DNA of 64,000 nt from Neodothiora populina (GCF_041146345.1 NW_027191411.1:682001-746000); one strand, 5' to 3'. Numbered from the stretch's first letter, positions 36,030 to 48,630 are shown. Numbers and translations are program-made. The notes: generated by a model from the sequence alone, not told the origin.

Positions 36030-38348
36030 ATGAATCCCGTCTCCTTACAATGGTCTCTAGATCAGACAGCCGCCACCATCCCACGCCTTGTCACTGCTGT
36101 TAGTAGCGACAAGATCGACCCAATAGCATTGCGGATATGCGAGAGCTTTGGTGCAAAATTACCACTGGATGGTATAGTCAGACGCAAACTTGAGATGCTG
36201 AAGAAGTGTTCCCCCCGTCAAAACACTGTCAACTTTTTGAAAAGCACATTTGGTTATGCAAAGGGAGATGCTGTGGATTATTTGCTTGGTTCAGACGGCG
36301 GTATTAGGTTCCTGAGCTTGACCTGTGCATTGCTTTGCACATCTGATACCGACTTCGCTGCGACCATCTTGCATGGTCTCATCCTGGAGACCGCACCATC
36401 AAGTTATCGTACAAGCGCACAAGAGGACCGTCTGCCGACTGTTTCGACTTTCCACCGATTGCTCGAGGTACTGGAAGACAAGCTTTGTCGCGTTGGCTTT
36501 GCGTTGGAGGTGGCTGGTTATCAGAGAGATCTTCTTGATCTCTATCGCCTCGGAATTGACGAGAAACGTCCTTCATCAGGAGTCATTATGGCTCTTGTCC
36601 AAGCTTTCATGGCTACCCATCGCTTAGGATCCGGACGTTCGGTAGAGGTCCGCGCATATTCTGGTGTCCCATGGATTGTTGCACTCACCAAGTGGATGCT
36701 GGGCGCACCTCCTGCTATATACACTGCGGAGGGTAGAGCTCTGTACGATGGGAGTTTATCTAAGACTTGTGTATTCATTAACCAGGACCACGGCATGCAC
36801 GAAGAAGTCAAAGTCATGCAGTCCATTGACGGGCCCCGTGTCCTCTGGTCCGGACCTGTAGACGCCCAGGAATGCTGGTCTGGGATGGTCACAATACAGG
36901 CCTATGGTGAATTGCAGCTAGCCAACATGGGACTACTCGCTCCTGATTCCAAGCAAGCACTCGAAGAAGTATTACCATACGCAATTTCGTTGGCGAACAG
37001 GAAGCTGCATGCCTTGAATAGTTCTGATTTTGGCATTCCGTTCCACCCTGCACTTGGCTACAAATATTATCGTAGAGCAAATGCAAACACTGATCTGGCC
37101 GATCATCGAGCTTCCGTCATTGGCACTAAAAGACAACTGTCTTCTGTCATGGCATCATATCTAGGGCGCGACGCCAAGTCCGCCCATTGGCGTGAGATGG
37201 GTGAAGAGGAGCGGTTTCCAGAGTTGGAACGCTTCCTGGACGGACTTGCAGAGACTTGTGGTTGCCATACTTGCACGCACAGTTCATCTGCTTGCGAGGA
37301 CACCAGACTTGGACTCACAAAGCACGAGAAGGGATCACCGACCAGCCTGGCTTCGCTCGCAAGTTCGATATGTGGCAAAGCAGCCCAGGGGAAGAGCATA
37401 CAAGAGAGATGCGCTGTGCTACGTTACTGGGCACATGTTTCTCTCATGACAACAGAAATACTTGCTTTGTCTTTATATGACTGGACGGAAGGCATACAAG
37501 TGTATTGGCGTGGGGGTGTCTCAGCTCTATCTCGCATTGAAGACTATTTCACGAGTGTTGTACACGAAAGCTTGTTCTGGACCGCTTCGGTGTCGTTTTG
37601 TCACGTGCGAACTATACTCGGATTTGCATTGTCCCTAGTCGGTCACCAAGTATCTCGGGAGATTAAAGACGGAACATGGATTGCTTCCTCATTTAAAGGA
37701 CAAGCTGTCTACCCCCTGATGTTTGACTTGGAGGGCATCAATGCTCATCCACTCCTACTCGGTGGTGGGGCTGGCCAGTTGAGATTAGAAAGCCAAAAAA
37801 TCCAGAAAGTTGTCAGTAGGAGCGTACCACAAGTAGAGACGTCGGACGCATCTACACTCGATGCATCCGTCGTCACCGGCCTGCGAAGCCCTGACCGCAA
37901 CACTAGTGTCCTGTGGAAGGTACGCCGCATCGACAATGGCCTGGAATTGTACTTCCATACCACTTGTTCCCAGGAGAAGCACAACCCCCACGACACACTG
38001 ACAACCATCTCCAGAAGTCTGTTCGTCAATTGCGACCATCCCGCTACTAGCCCCCTTTCGCAAGCTACGGCAGAAAAGTGTGTCTTCACCACAGCCCCAT
38101 TTTATCAGAGTGCTGTTCCTGCTCGTTATTTTGATTCCAATCAAGGTATGAGCAGCCATATTCGAGTCAGGGAAGCGCAATCCACGGGGACGCCTTTCAA
38201 GATCCGTATCTTCCCGACCACAGATAACGGAGGATTGCGTTTGTTCGCCATGTGTAGTTCCTTCCCAGGCGTTGTCAGGAGCAACGCTTGCCTGCAATGC
38301 TGTGTCGATGTGTGCCTCAAGTCAGGACTGGAGTATATAGTGTTGTGA
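36030..38348 (+). CDS. 772-aa intronless protein of unknown function with Cys clusters
   Basis: Long ORF from ATG 36030 (MNPVSLQWSLD); CGCHTC and C-terminal ACLQCCVDVC. Resembles an uncharacterised fungal family (from memory). Confidence 0.75.
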   Translation: MNPVSLQWSLDQTAATIPRLVTAVSSDKIDPIALRICESFGAKLPLDGIVRRKLEMLKKCSPRQNTVNFLKSTFGYAKGDAVDYLLGSDGGIRFLSLTCALLCTSDTDFAATILHGLILETAPSSYRTSAQEDRLPTVSTFHRLLEVLEDKLCRVGFALEVAGYQRDLLDLYRLGIDEKRPSSGVIMALVQAFMATHRLGSGRSVEVRAYSGVPWIVALTKWMLGAPPAIYTAEGRALYDGSLSKTCVFINQDHGMHEEVKVMQSIDGPRVLWSGPVDAQECWSGMVTIQAYGELQLANMGLLAPDSKQALEEVLPYAISLANRKLHALNSSDFGIPFHPALGYKYYRRANANTDLADHRASVIGTKRQLSSVMASYLGRDAKSAHWREMGEEERFPELERFLDGLAETCGCHTCTHSSSACEDTRLGLTKHEKGSPTSLASLASSICGKAAQGKSIQERCAVLRYWAHVSLMTTEILALSLYDWTEGIQVYWRGGVSALSRIEDYFTSVVHESLFWTASVSFCHVRTILGFALSLVGHQVSREIKDGTWIASSFKGQAVYPLMFDLEGINAHPLLLGGGAGQLRLESQKIQKVVSRSVPQVETSDASTLDASVVTGLRSPDRNTSVLWKVRRIDNGLELYFHTTCSQEKHNPHDTLTTISRSLFVNCDHPATSPLSQATAEKCVFTTAPFYQSAVPARYFDSNQGMSSHIRVREAQSTGTPFKIRIFPTTDNGGLRLFAMCSSFPGVVRSNACLQCCVDVCLKSGLEYIVL

Positions 38349-39051
38349 TGGAGTGTGGACTTGTCTATACAGGGGTCATTAGGTGGAGCATCTTGAATTA
38401 TGGTGTTGATCATTTGATGTCTTAGAGGCGTATATAAATCATAGATCAGGAGATAGCATTGCTTTATTATTTGGTCATTTCTGCAGTATATAGTGAATAC
38501 ATAGTCTACAAGCCCAACAATGTAGTAAATGCGTTTGCTCGATCCGACCATGAGAGGGCGTGGTTGAGCACGGCAGGAAGGTATGTTTAACAATGAAAGA
38601 AGATATCTGAGGAAAGAGCCAAGATATGGCCAGGGTCGCCCTACGTAATGATCCGAAAAGTAGATCGACCCGAGTACAAGATCTCCAAGGCGCAGTCGGA
38701 ATCAAGACACGGACGGAGAAAGAAGCACTGCAGTACACATTTTTCTTCCCTTCCGATACTCGCTACTCGGCAATATGTCTCTCGTTTATTGAAGGATCAC
38801 ATTTTGTCGAGCCGGGCCATAGAAGAATGATGAATGTGACAAAAAGCAAAGAACACAGGCTCTCATTCCTCTTCTTTCTCCCCCGCTTTAGTCTGCAGAG
38901 AAACTCTATAGTACAGACAACAAGATCAAGGAACGCTCATAGACACAGCAACCGACGTTTTCGTCTCCTTCCGCGCAGCATTTGATTCACACATTCTGAA
39001 TATGTCCTTTGCTCAGACGAAGTTTGACTGAGGGAAAGATGCGCTCGTTCT

Positions 39052-39937
39052 TCATCGTCCCTTTCTGACCCACTCCTCGAGTGTCTCTCTCACGCCCTTG
39101 ACCTTGTCGACGGCCTGGTAGTAGCCCATCTGGCTGTGAGCCTTGCCCGTCTCGATGAAATGCGTGACGCCGTCGCGAGCGCGGATGTGGTTGTCAGCGA
39201 GCACGGGGTACTTCTTCTCGTATTCCCAGGCCAGGTTGCCGACGTTTCTGGTGGTGATGGGGATAACGTAGTGAGCGCAAGTGAGACCGGTAGCGACGGG
39301 GATGATGCCGCGCAGGAGAATGTTGCGGTTGCGAGCGACGATGGAACCAGCCATTGCGGCGACTAGAACGTAGACAGAGCCCGGCAGGAGCTTCTCGCCG
39401 CTCTCCTTGGGGGGTGCGAGAGATGCCAGGGTCGAGGTGAAGGAGTTTTCTAGATCCAAGGTCTTGTCCAGGGCGGTGTTGATGCCATCTTCGGCTTTGA
39501 CGGCCTGAGTGTGCAGGAAGAGACGTGCGACGCGGATCTGTTCGGCGAGGCGCGCGGTGGGTGAGCGAGGGGGAATCGTCTCCTCGGGAGTGGGCACTTC
39601 GGGTGCGACGGTGGTCGCGTGGATCTCTTGTGGGGTGGGCTCGCTGGCGGGAATGTCATAGATGGGTTTACGATTGTGCTGTTCGAGGCGGACATGTCAG
39701 AAGGAGTTTTCTTTCGGATTGTATATCTCTCGGAGGGAATTGGGTGGGTGGCATACGTGTTGTAGGAAACCATCCGGCGCTTCGGCGTAGACTCTGGTTG
39801 AAGGGTAGAGGGCCAGGCCGGCAGTGAGGGCGGCCATGGGCAGAGCGCGCTGTAGATTTGTCAGTATGCCGATCATCTCGAAGGACAATTGGAAGAAGCT
39901 GAACACTCACATGCCGTAGGAGGGGTTGGAATGCCAT
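39052..39937 (-). CDS. MICOS subunit Mic26/Mic27 (apolipoprotein O family)
   Basis: Introns 39910-39850 and 39756-39679; RKPIYD, LLPGSVYVLVAAMAGSIVARNRNILLR, PITTRNVGNL. Confidence 0.88.
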
Positions 39938-40283
39938 TGCGGAATATGGATGGTAGGTCACTGTATACCGTTACCTCTCCAAAGACTCGAATTGAAGCTC
40001 TGAAGTCGGACTTGGACTTGTTTGTACAAAGGTACTTCCTTCCTTCCTCATCGGCTCAGCCCTTTCCGCTTGCCGATGTCCCCCGACTTGCACCTTCCTC
40101 CGTCACAAGCTTGGCATCCGACAAGTGACGATGTGGACGCTGCTGCTGTTGCATCTGTGCATTACACGATAAAGTGAGGTGCTGTACTGTATGCATGCGG
40201 TGTCTTGCAGAAAACAATACTTTTGCTCATTGTATTTGTACATATTCTCTTGGTTTTTCTTTGTTCCTTCCAGCGCTAGGATC

Positions 40284-42701
40284 ATGTTTAATCGTCTGCA
40301 GAGACAGCCATGGACATGTGCAAAATGTATCAAACAATTAGAACACAAGAGTGATTCGAGAAGGCGCGCTTTGGCAACAGCAGCAGCTGCAGCAGCAACG
40401 ACGGCAGGAACGACGCCAGCAGGCGTAGCACATGCAAGACCACTTTCCCACACCGATCCATCTGCCACTCAGGATGACTCGGCTTTGCGCAAGATCTTCG
40501 ACTCTCAGTCTTTCTGGAAAGACTTCTCTTCTCGAACCAAACATCAATATGGAGGCAAATCCCTTGGTCTATTCCAGAACCGCTATTTGACCAAACCCGG
40601 TGGATTCGAGCAATTTGCTTCTGTCACTCTGGCCAAATGCAAGAGGATTGTGGCCAAGGTCTTAGCCTATGACACGCCCGAAGGATACAGGAAAATCACC
40701 AGAGACTTGGATCGACTGAGTGATTTGTTATGTCGAGTCATAGATCTCTCGGATTTCATTCGCTCCGTCCATCCGGACAGAAAGATACAGGCTGCGGCTA
40801 CCCAGGCATATGCTATCATGTTCGAGTACATGAACGTCTTGAACACCACTACTGGCTTGAACGATCAGTTGAAGATCGCAGCTGCGATACCGGAAGTCTG
40901 GGATTCATGGAGTGAAGAGGAGAAGACGGTAGCCAACATTCTGATGAAGGACTTTGCCAAGTCTGCTATAGACCTGGCCGAGGGGGATCGTCAGGCATTT
41001 GTCGACATTTCCAACGACATTGCTGAGGTTGGCCCTATGTTTGTCGACGACATGGCGGCCGAGAAGCCTGTCCTGCAGTTCCAGAGCAGCCGGTTGAAGG
41101 GTATGGATCCCACCGTGGTGCGCCAACTTACTCGTTGGGGCTCTGTTTCCTTACCCACGATCGGAATGCCTGCCATGCTCGCCTTGCGCACTGTTGATGA
41201 TGCAGACACTCGTCGGGAAATCTACATGGCCAATCGTACTTCCTCGAAAACCAACATCGAACGCTTAGAGCATCTCTTACATCGCCGCGCCGAACTCGCA
41301 AAGCTATCAGGCTATGATTCCTTTGCACACATGGCCCTGACTGACAAAATGGCAAAGTCACCCGAGGCCGTCACTGGCTTCCTTGATGCTTTAGCGACGG
41401 CGAATGCTCCTCATGCTCGAGACGAAGTGAGTGAGCTTCTCGAACTCAAAAAGGGCGATGCTCAGTCCGGCAATTTCCCCGGTGCAATCAATGCCTGGGA
41501 TCGAGACTACTACCAACACCGTCTGCTTTCTTCCATGCGGTCGAGGACAAGGACACCCGACGTTCTATCAGCATACTTCTCGCTCGGAACTGTGATGCAA
41601 GGTCTATCACGCCTGTTTAACCGCCTCTACGGTGTGCGCCTTGTACCACGTGAAGCCGCTGCCGGCGAAACATGGAATGATGAGGTTCGTCGCCTTGATG
41701 TCATCGACGACACCGAAGGACACATTGCCGTGATATACTGTGACCTTTTCTCTCGCGCCGGCAAATCTCCCAATCCAGCTCACTTCACTGTTCGCTGCTC
41801 CCGTAGAATCCACGACGACGAACTCGAAGAAGCTGCTGCCGTGGTCCAGCACGCACCCGACCTCTTCTCAAGCCCATACGAAGCTGTCTCTGACGGTCTC
41901 GCCCTCAACTTCAGCAACAAAGACAACGGACACCTCTACCAATTGCCGACCATTGCTCTCATCTGCGACTTTGACCTCCCACAGCCCAGCGGCGACCGCT
42001 CGCGACCAGCTCTACTCACTTTCCGAGAAGTCCAAACGCTATTTCACGAAATGGGCCACGCACTCCACTCTCTCCTCGGACGCACCAGTCTCCAAAATGT
42101 AAGCGGCACGCGATGCGCCACCGACTTCGCAGAACTGCCCTCGGTACTAATGGAGCACTTCGCCTCTGCGCCCGAAGTCCTCGGTCTCTACGCCCGCCAC
42201 TGGGAAACCGATGCACCTCTCGACCCAAAAAGAGTCCAAGACCGCCTAGCCCTGGACAAAAAGACGCACGCATCCGAAGTCGAAGCACAGATCCTACTCT
42301 CCATGCTCGACCAGACCTACCACGCCTCCCACACCGGAAAAACAGACAGCACGAAACTCTACCACTCGGTCTGGAACCGATACTCGACCGTCCCGGAACC
42401 AGCAGGCACCAAATGGCAGGGCTTCTTCGGGCACCTCTTCGGCTACGGCGCCACGTACTACGCCTACCTCTTCGACCGCGCCATAGCAGGCAAGATCTGG
42501 AAAGACGTCTTCCAACGCACGCAGCTGGGCGCCGTCGATCCCGCTCAGGGCGCGCTGTTCAAGGACGAGGTGCTGAGTCATGGAGGCGGCCGCGACGGCT
42601 GGCATTGTATCGCTGGTGCGTTGAGGGATGAAACGGGCAAACTGGCTGAGGGTAAGGAGGCCGCTATGAAGATGGTTGGCGAGTGGGGTGTCAGGGATTA
42701 A
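40284..42701 (+). CDS. OCT1: Mitochondrial intermediate peptidase (M3A)
   Basis: LDRLSDLLCRVID, YFSLGTVMQGLS, TLFHEMGHALHS (HExxH), GTRCATDFAELPS, FGHLFGYGATYY. Confidence 0.95.
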   Translation: MFNRLQRQPWTCAKCIKQLEHKSDSRRRALATAAAAAATTAGTTPAGVAHARPLSHTDPSATQDDSALRKIFDSQSFWKDFSSRTKHQYGGKSLGLFQNRYLTKPGGFEQFASVTLAKCKRIVAKVLAYDTPEGYRKITRDLDRLSDLLCRVIDLSDFIRSVHPDRKIQAAATQAYAIMFEYMNVLNTTTGLNDQLKIAAAIPEVWDSWSEEEKTVANILMKDFAKSAIDLAEGDRQAFVDISNDIAEVGPMFVDDMAAEKPVLQFQSSRLKGMDPTVVRQLTRWGSVSLPTIGMPAMLALRTVDDADTRREIYMANRTSSKTNIERLEHLLHRRAELAKLSGYDSFAHMALTDKMAKSPEAVTGFLDALATANAPHARDEVSELLELKKGDAQSGNFPGAINAWDRDYYQHRLLSSMRSRTRTPDVLSAYFSLGTVMQGLSRLFNRLYGVRLVPREAAAGETWNDEVRRLDVIDDTEGHIAVIYCDLFSRAGKSPNPAHFTVRCSRRIHDDELEEAAAVVQHAPDLFSSPYEAVSDGLALNFSNKDNGHLYQLPTIALICDFDLPQPSGDRSRPALLTFREVQTLFHEMGHALHSLLGRTSLQNVSGTRCATDFAELPSVLMEHFASAPEVLGLYARHWETDAPLDPKRVQDRLALDKKTHASEVEAQILLSMLDQTYHASHTGKTDSTKLYHSVWNRYSTVPEPAGTKWQGFFGHLFGYGATYYAYLFDRAIAGKIWKDVFQRTQLGAVDPAQGALFKDEVLSHGGGRDGWHCIAGALRDETGKLAEGKEAAMKMVGEWGVRD

Positions 42702-43220
42702 AAACGTCTCGATGTCGCTCTCATCTCCCCTCCCCTCTCTGATGACCCTCGCCGGACTTGGGCTGTGTTGGATTGTATGCTACAAATGACATGGATGGAA
42801 AATGTATTCCGTATGTCTTCAATCGACTAAGTGAGAGGGTCCCTTGAGATATGTCTCTCGTCCCGCCCGCTCATGTAGCAAGTGACATGACTGGTCCTGT
42901 CCTTTCATTCTCCCATAGCCCCGAGAATAACACCGTACAGCACTTTCACGTCCAAGAGATGATTCTGTCAAATTGCTATTTGATTTTCCTCGATGCTGTT
43001 TTGCAGTCCGCGCCAGAAACTAAACTCCACCGGTCGAGCCTTCTTACTTTCCTGGGACCCATCTATAGCTCTATATCGTGCGGGAGGGGTGTGCAAGAAA
43101 TAGTGATCATGGAACAAATGTAGCAATAATCGTCCATTGTTATTGATATTCACTACAGACTGTAGAAACACCGACTTGGACCTTTACCCTACAGCCACCT
43201 GCTCCTGCACCTGACCGACT

Positions 43221-45117
43221 TCACCAGTCATGACTTGGCTCAACCCCCTTGTCCCAGTACACGGCGCCGGGACGACGATCAAAAGGACAAGCATGACTTG
43301 GTCGTCTCCACTTGGGTATGAACGCACATTTGATCTTGAACCACGCAAGATTGAGTGTCGTCCTAAGTCTCGTCCCGACCGCACGATCTGGATATATTGA
43401 TTGCGGTAGGGCATCGCTAACCGGAAAGCAGCCATCGGCCAAGTCTTCTGCATAAGCGGAATAGCCGTCCTCGGCAACCATAGATGGTTCCAGTCGAGCC
43501 AAGGAAGCGAGATGACTGGTAGAGATATTTGCAAGCGTCGGAGACTTCGAGCCTGCTGGTGTGCGAAAGAAGAGATATTTGTTTCGTGGAATCTTGAGGA
43601 AGTGACGGGTCGCAGGTATAACGTAGTCAGACTAATGGCATAAGTCAGCTAAGCCTACCACTGTGCCCATGTAACATGCTCACTGGTTCTGTTGCCTGCA
43701 CATCGCGCATCAGTAGACACTGGACTTGATCGGGAAATTCAGTGACCAGCTTTGGAAACCCCGTCATGGAAGACCTTGCGCATGTCAGTAATTTGTCCCT
43801 TCATCACGGCCGCAGCTGCGACACTCACTTGCTTGTGGTGTCCGAAACCAGTATGAACTTGCTCTCGGGAAATGTTTCCAGTAATCTTCGGATGTTAGTT
43901 ATCCTTGCATTATCAAGGACACTCCATTTGATGTAGTCAAGAGATCGGAAGTCAAAGCTGCCAGATGGAAAGCTACGTCTTGTGGTCAGCGGCTGCGCTC
44001 ACTTTACAGAGCACGTAACATACTGCTGTTGCGTGCCATCGATGTAAAACCCAGCATTGACTTCAGGTGAGTCTGAAGCGTAATGGAAATGCACGTTCGT
44101 CGAGCCATTCGTGCCACCACCGACATCGCCGGTGTTTTTGACGGGATCGACCCATTGCCCATTTCTCCAATGCCCCCCGCCGCCAAAGGGGATATCTCGG
44201 CTCCAATTCCGATAGACGTCTGCCATGCCTAGCCATGGCTCATAAGGTCGGGCATATAGATCCATGATCGCTTGCTTCCAGTTCCAAATCTCACCGACTC
44301 GCAGAACATCGTCCACGTCACTGACAATTGTCAAACCTCGAGGTGGGACAAAAAATGTTTTCTGATCGTGCATGCTTTCATTGTGGGGACCACCTCCGAC
44401 ATTCAATGGTTTCAATGTCAACCCGGCAGTCTGTACCTCAGTTGTACTGTCGTGCGTAGGGCCAAAAGTGTAAGGATCGTCCGCATCCGGCTCGCATGAG
44501 CTACGCGTCACCCATTGCTCGAAGGCGCCTTCTTCGTTGGTCAAGAAAGGCATGACGCTGGAATTGGCACAAAGCGAGACATCGATGGCTCCATTTCCAA
44601 TGGCGGCTGTAGCGAGATCTCTCACCTGGCGTCTTGAGCGAGTGGCCTCCCTAGGTGTCAACTGTTGGAACCACAGCTTGTACATTAGCTTTTCTGGCTT
44701 TATGCTGGCCCTGATGAGGATTCTGTTGATAAGCTTGTCGATCTCGTGACGACTCAGGTCGCGGCGTTTGTATAGATTTCCATGAACGTGTGCCAACCAG
44801 CCACCTTCCACTCCGCTGGCGGTTGAAGCATAAGTATAGTTGGCATAGGTGGGTATGTTAGTGATGCTCCACGGCCGATTCTTGAGTGTAGCGATTTCAC
44901 GAGCATCGAGGTGTCGTCGTTTGAGCCACTTGTCGACGATAGCGCGTATCGGCTTGCTCCAGAAATGGAAAGCAGACGATGTGTCGGGCTTGCAAACCTC
45001 CGATACGATTGACGAGACATTCATGTTCTAAGGAATGCCTCTGTCGATGATTCCGCATGCATCATGATTCGCAAGTGCGAGAGCAAGCAACGATATGAAT
45101 AGACACAGAATTCGCAT
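43221..45117 (-). CDS. Secreted-type App1-like phosphatidate phosphatase domain protein, with an in-frame TAG at 45030-45028
   Basis: Signal peptide MRILCLFISLLALALA; GLTIVSDVDDVLR, PWLGMADVY, HFHY, FPSGSFD, LLETFPESKFILVSD. Introns 44023-43973, 43828-43775, 43683-43632 all keep frame. Confidence 0.7.
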
Positions 45118-45420
45118 GGTAAAGTATGCTTGATGAAGCAAGTCAGGAACAATAGTGGGTTGCATGAAAATTGAGAAACAGAAGTGTGTACTCGACGCAA
45201 GGTGAATTGACGTAGTCGAGGTCATCACGTAGTGTAAGGAAAGCTCGATCCGAACAGGGGTCGTCATAAAAAAGAGAAGGAGCAGCACATCGGGCCGAAG
45301 AGACATCCAGTGTGAAGGTAGACACGGACAACAGTAATGGGAAGATAAGGCAGAGGGAACTTGTAGAGTATGAGATGATTGTTTTAGAATAGACTGCGTT
45401 TATAACTTACACATGCCTGT

Positions 45421-46670
45421 TCACTCCGCTTCAGAAGCAGGACTTGGTGGCGCAGGACTTTTCGAGCTTTTAGGAGGCCCACCTTTCGGAGGTGGTGGAA
45501 GTGCAGAGTTGGTGCCCTTCGGTGCGTTGTCTAATTCCATGCTCTTTTGCTCCCCCTCCTTGAAGTAGTCGTCCATCATGGCACTCGGACTGATAGCTGC
45601 ATGTGCTCGTGCTTTCTTTGGCTTTTTCTCCACCACAGGTCCCTGTGACGGGTCTAGAGCTGCTGGTGGAGCAGTAGTATTGAATTGCATGTTCGCCGGC
45701 ACAAGGAAGTCACCTCCGTTGGTATGCAGTGCCGGCGCTGGGCTAGCCGCTGGGTGAGAAGGAATGGAAAAGGAGGGACGACTGCTCTCTTCGTTGCTGA
45801 AGCGTGCTGTCTCGAACATGGTCTCTCCTGGGGCATTCGCTGGCTCAGATAGAGCCGCAGGTACACGATGAAGAGCGCCGAATCCCAGGACGCAGCCGAG
45901 TGCACCATCGCCACCCCAGTGTCGGTGCGGAGTGATGGTGATCATACGAGTCACATCGTATTCGTGGTTGTAGACGTAGAGACGGAGCGGGCGGTTCATG
46001 AACTGCTCCGAATCAGTTTTTAGCATCCGACATACGCGCACATGCGGCGCAAAGAACTTACGTCTTCGATGATCTCCCCGAGACCATTTTCACCTCTCAT
46101 CAAACCCTCTGGACTACCTATGACATAGTCGCTGTAGGGGAGAAGACCCGCGACATCGGCAGGGGAGTTCGGTATCACATCAAGAATATGCCAGACGTCT
46201 TCGGTACAAGCTAGTGGTGACCATTGCAGTGAGATGCCGAGTGATTGTGTCTCAGCCGGGACAGCAACGTATATCTCGCGAATTTGCTGGCCCTATGACA
46301 AGTCAGATACGATTGAATAAGAGAGACTATTGGCTGTCTACTATAGACCTACCTTTGCGCAGTACACCCCAAGACTGATGTTCGAGCCCGCACAGTTACG
46401 TATCTCGGCGGCGAACAGGTTAGGGTCAGAACTATCCTACTAATTATGAGCTTCCTCGGCTTCAATTGGACAAGAAGATCTTCCTACAAGTGTTCGTCCA
46501 TTTATTCCTATGATGAAATCAAACCAAGGTTCGAGGGGCAGCTCAGCATTGTTGTTTCTCAGCACGTGGAATCCATAAGCTCCCTGAGCGCCACTCTGTT
46601 GCCTCTGGGCTTGCGGATCGGAGTCGAGACGCGATATGAATCGATTGAGGGCTCCGAAAACGTTCGCCAT
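45421..46670 (-). CDS. GRH1: GRASP55/65 Golgi reassembly stacking protein
   Basis: MANVFGALNRFISRLD, LEPWFDFIIGING, LYVYNHEYDVTR, WGGDGALGCVLGFGALH. Introns 46487-46437, 46352-46293, 46061-46003. Confidence 0.92.
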
Positions 46671-47148
46671 GATTTATGCGCTGCTATGGTTCGGGTATTG
46701 GTCACAAGTGTACGAGGAGGGTCGTAGTATTGTGGGATGCGACTGTATGCGACGCAAACATAACAAACACAACAAGATACTCCTTCTGACGTTGCTATAC
46801 AATGTGTTCGCTTTCTCCAGCTCTGAAGTACCATTATTGATTATTGTTGCAACCCCTCACTGAACATTGGTTATACGATTGGCAGACTCAGAACTCATCG
46901 GCCATCAGCACATATACCCGGACCATGACTTATTCTAGCCTATGAAGTTTGGCAATGGAACAAAAGCCTGGTTCGATTTGTCTACCGCCGCATCCTAGCT
47001 ATGCATGTGTACAATACATGACAATATTACAGGTAAAATTCTACAAGTTGAAAATGTTCACCGTCGCCCTTCGAACCCACAAACTTTTCGAGACCAGCTT
47101 GAGAACATCGTTATTCGTATCTCTTCAAAGCAGCTCAGGTGTTCGTGC

Positions 47149-48630
47149 TCACCACATATTGGGTCTTGGGCATCCGTTAGTCCATTGTCCGCAAAACTTA
47201 GATTCAGTCAGAAATGGGACTCACCTTGTGAAAAGCATCTTTACAACCTCGCTGCCATAGCCTTTGTCGCGTGCTCTGCCGTCCAGCCATTTGCCAAGAT
47301 CCTTGCGCAAGTTATCTTCAGTCCTCCCACTGACGTCGATGCCACGTTCTTCGCAGGCGATCTTCAACTCGTCGCGAGTTAGTCTGTGCCAATCGTTCAT
47401 TCGATTTTTGACCAATAGCTCATCGTCCATGTTGAGGTAGTGTAGTCGCTGTATCACCCGCATCTTGAGCAAAAGCGTCACGAGCGGTGACTCGCCTCCT
47501 ACTAGGCCCAGACGTTCCCACAACCTGCTATGTAGGCCAAGACTGGTTGACACATGAGCAGTCTGCTGCCGCGATAGCGCTTGCGTTGTCTCGACAGCTA
47601 GCCAATTCGCAGGCTGAACGCGTAATGCTATGGTATCATCTCCCTCTTGCTGCTCAAGGTCGACGATTGCGTCTCGATCTTCGCCAGCTCTGATTTTTCT
47701 GCTCTCCTTGTCAAGCCCTGTCTCAACCTCCCTGGATCTCTGCACTCTTGCCTTGATCTTCTCAAACACCCCTGCCTGAACAAAGTGCTCAGGTACCACT
47801 AGTCCTTGACGGAAGCTGTCTCTGCGACGCTCCTCGACCGCTTTGCGCATTCCGGTGATCTGCTTCGGTATCCGACAGGTCCTGGGCACCCTGCCAGGGA
47901 TGAAAGGAACGATAAGCGGCAACCACTCTCCAAATAGTGCAACCATGACGGCGAACAATGGCAATTTCTTCATGTCTTCGCGCTCCCTCAAGAGCAACTG
48001 CAGTTGCGATCGCATCAGCCCCTCTCTGCGCATGTAGACCTCCACGTCCAGTAAGAAGGGTGGCGCCATTAGACCCATGAATCTGCGTGGCGGGTAGGCC
48101 TTCGCCTCTACATCGTTGCGTCCTGTAGTGTTGTTTGCTGGATCCGCGTTGCTTGCGCGGATCTTGTTTCTCAATTCTCTTGCGACTTTGTAGCTCTTCC
48201 ATGTTGCTTTGACTCCTGCGATGTAGAACCTGCCGTAGCTGCGGCCGACACGATACCAGTAGACTGGCGTCGAAGTATCAGATGCCTTTTCGGGAAAGAC
48301 CAGAGGGGGCGGTAGGGTGGACCTGGGCGGGTTTATGCCATCGCCATGGACGACAGCAGCGTCTATTGGCAGATCGGTCGTGGGAGGTGCTGGTCGCGGT
48401 AAAGGAGCCGAGACGGGTGTTGGGCTTTTCTTGAGAGCCTCCTTGTCATTTCTGAAGCTGAATTTTGGTGGAGGAGCAGAGGCGTATGATCGTGATCGAT
48501 GTGAACAGGACGTGATGGAAACACGGACTGCGTTCTGTCGTTGCGCGGTTCCTCGAGGAAATGCTTGACGAAGAACTGCAGAGTGAAGAAGGCAGATGGC
48601 TCGGGTAGAGCCAATGGACGTGTTTGTCAT
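47149..48630 (-). CDS. LETM1-like ribosome-binding-domain mitochondrial protein
   Basis: FYIAGVK, DMKKLPLFAVMVALFGEWLP, VPRTCRIP, ELKIACEERGID. Terminal intron 47224-47165 gives the C-terminus LFTRPNMW. Confidence 0.8.

Noticed and set aside
46968..46980. GGTTCGA, resembling a tRNA T-loop
   Set aside because: No cloverleaf or A box nearby.
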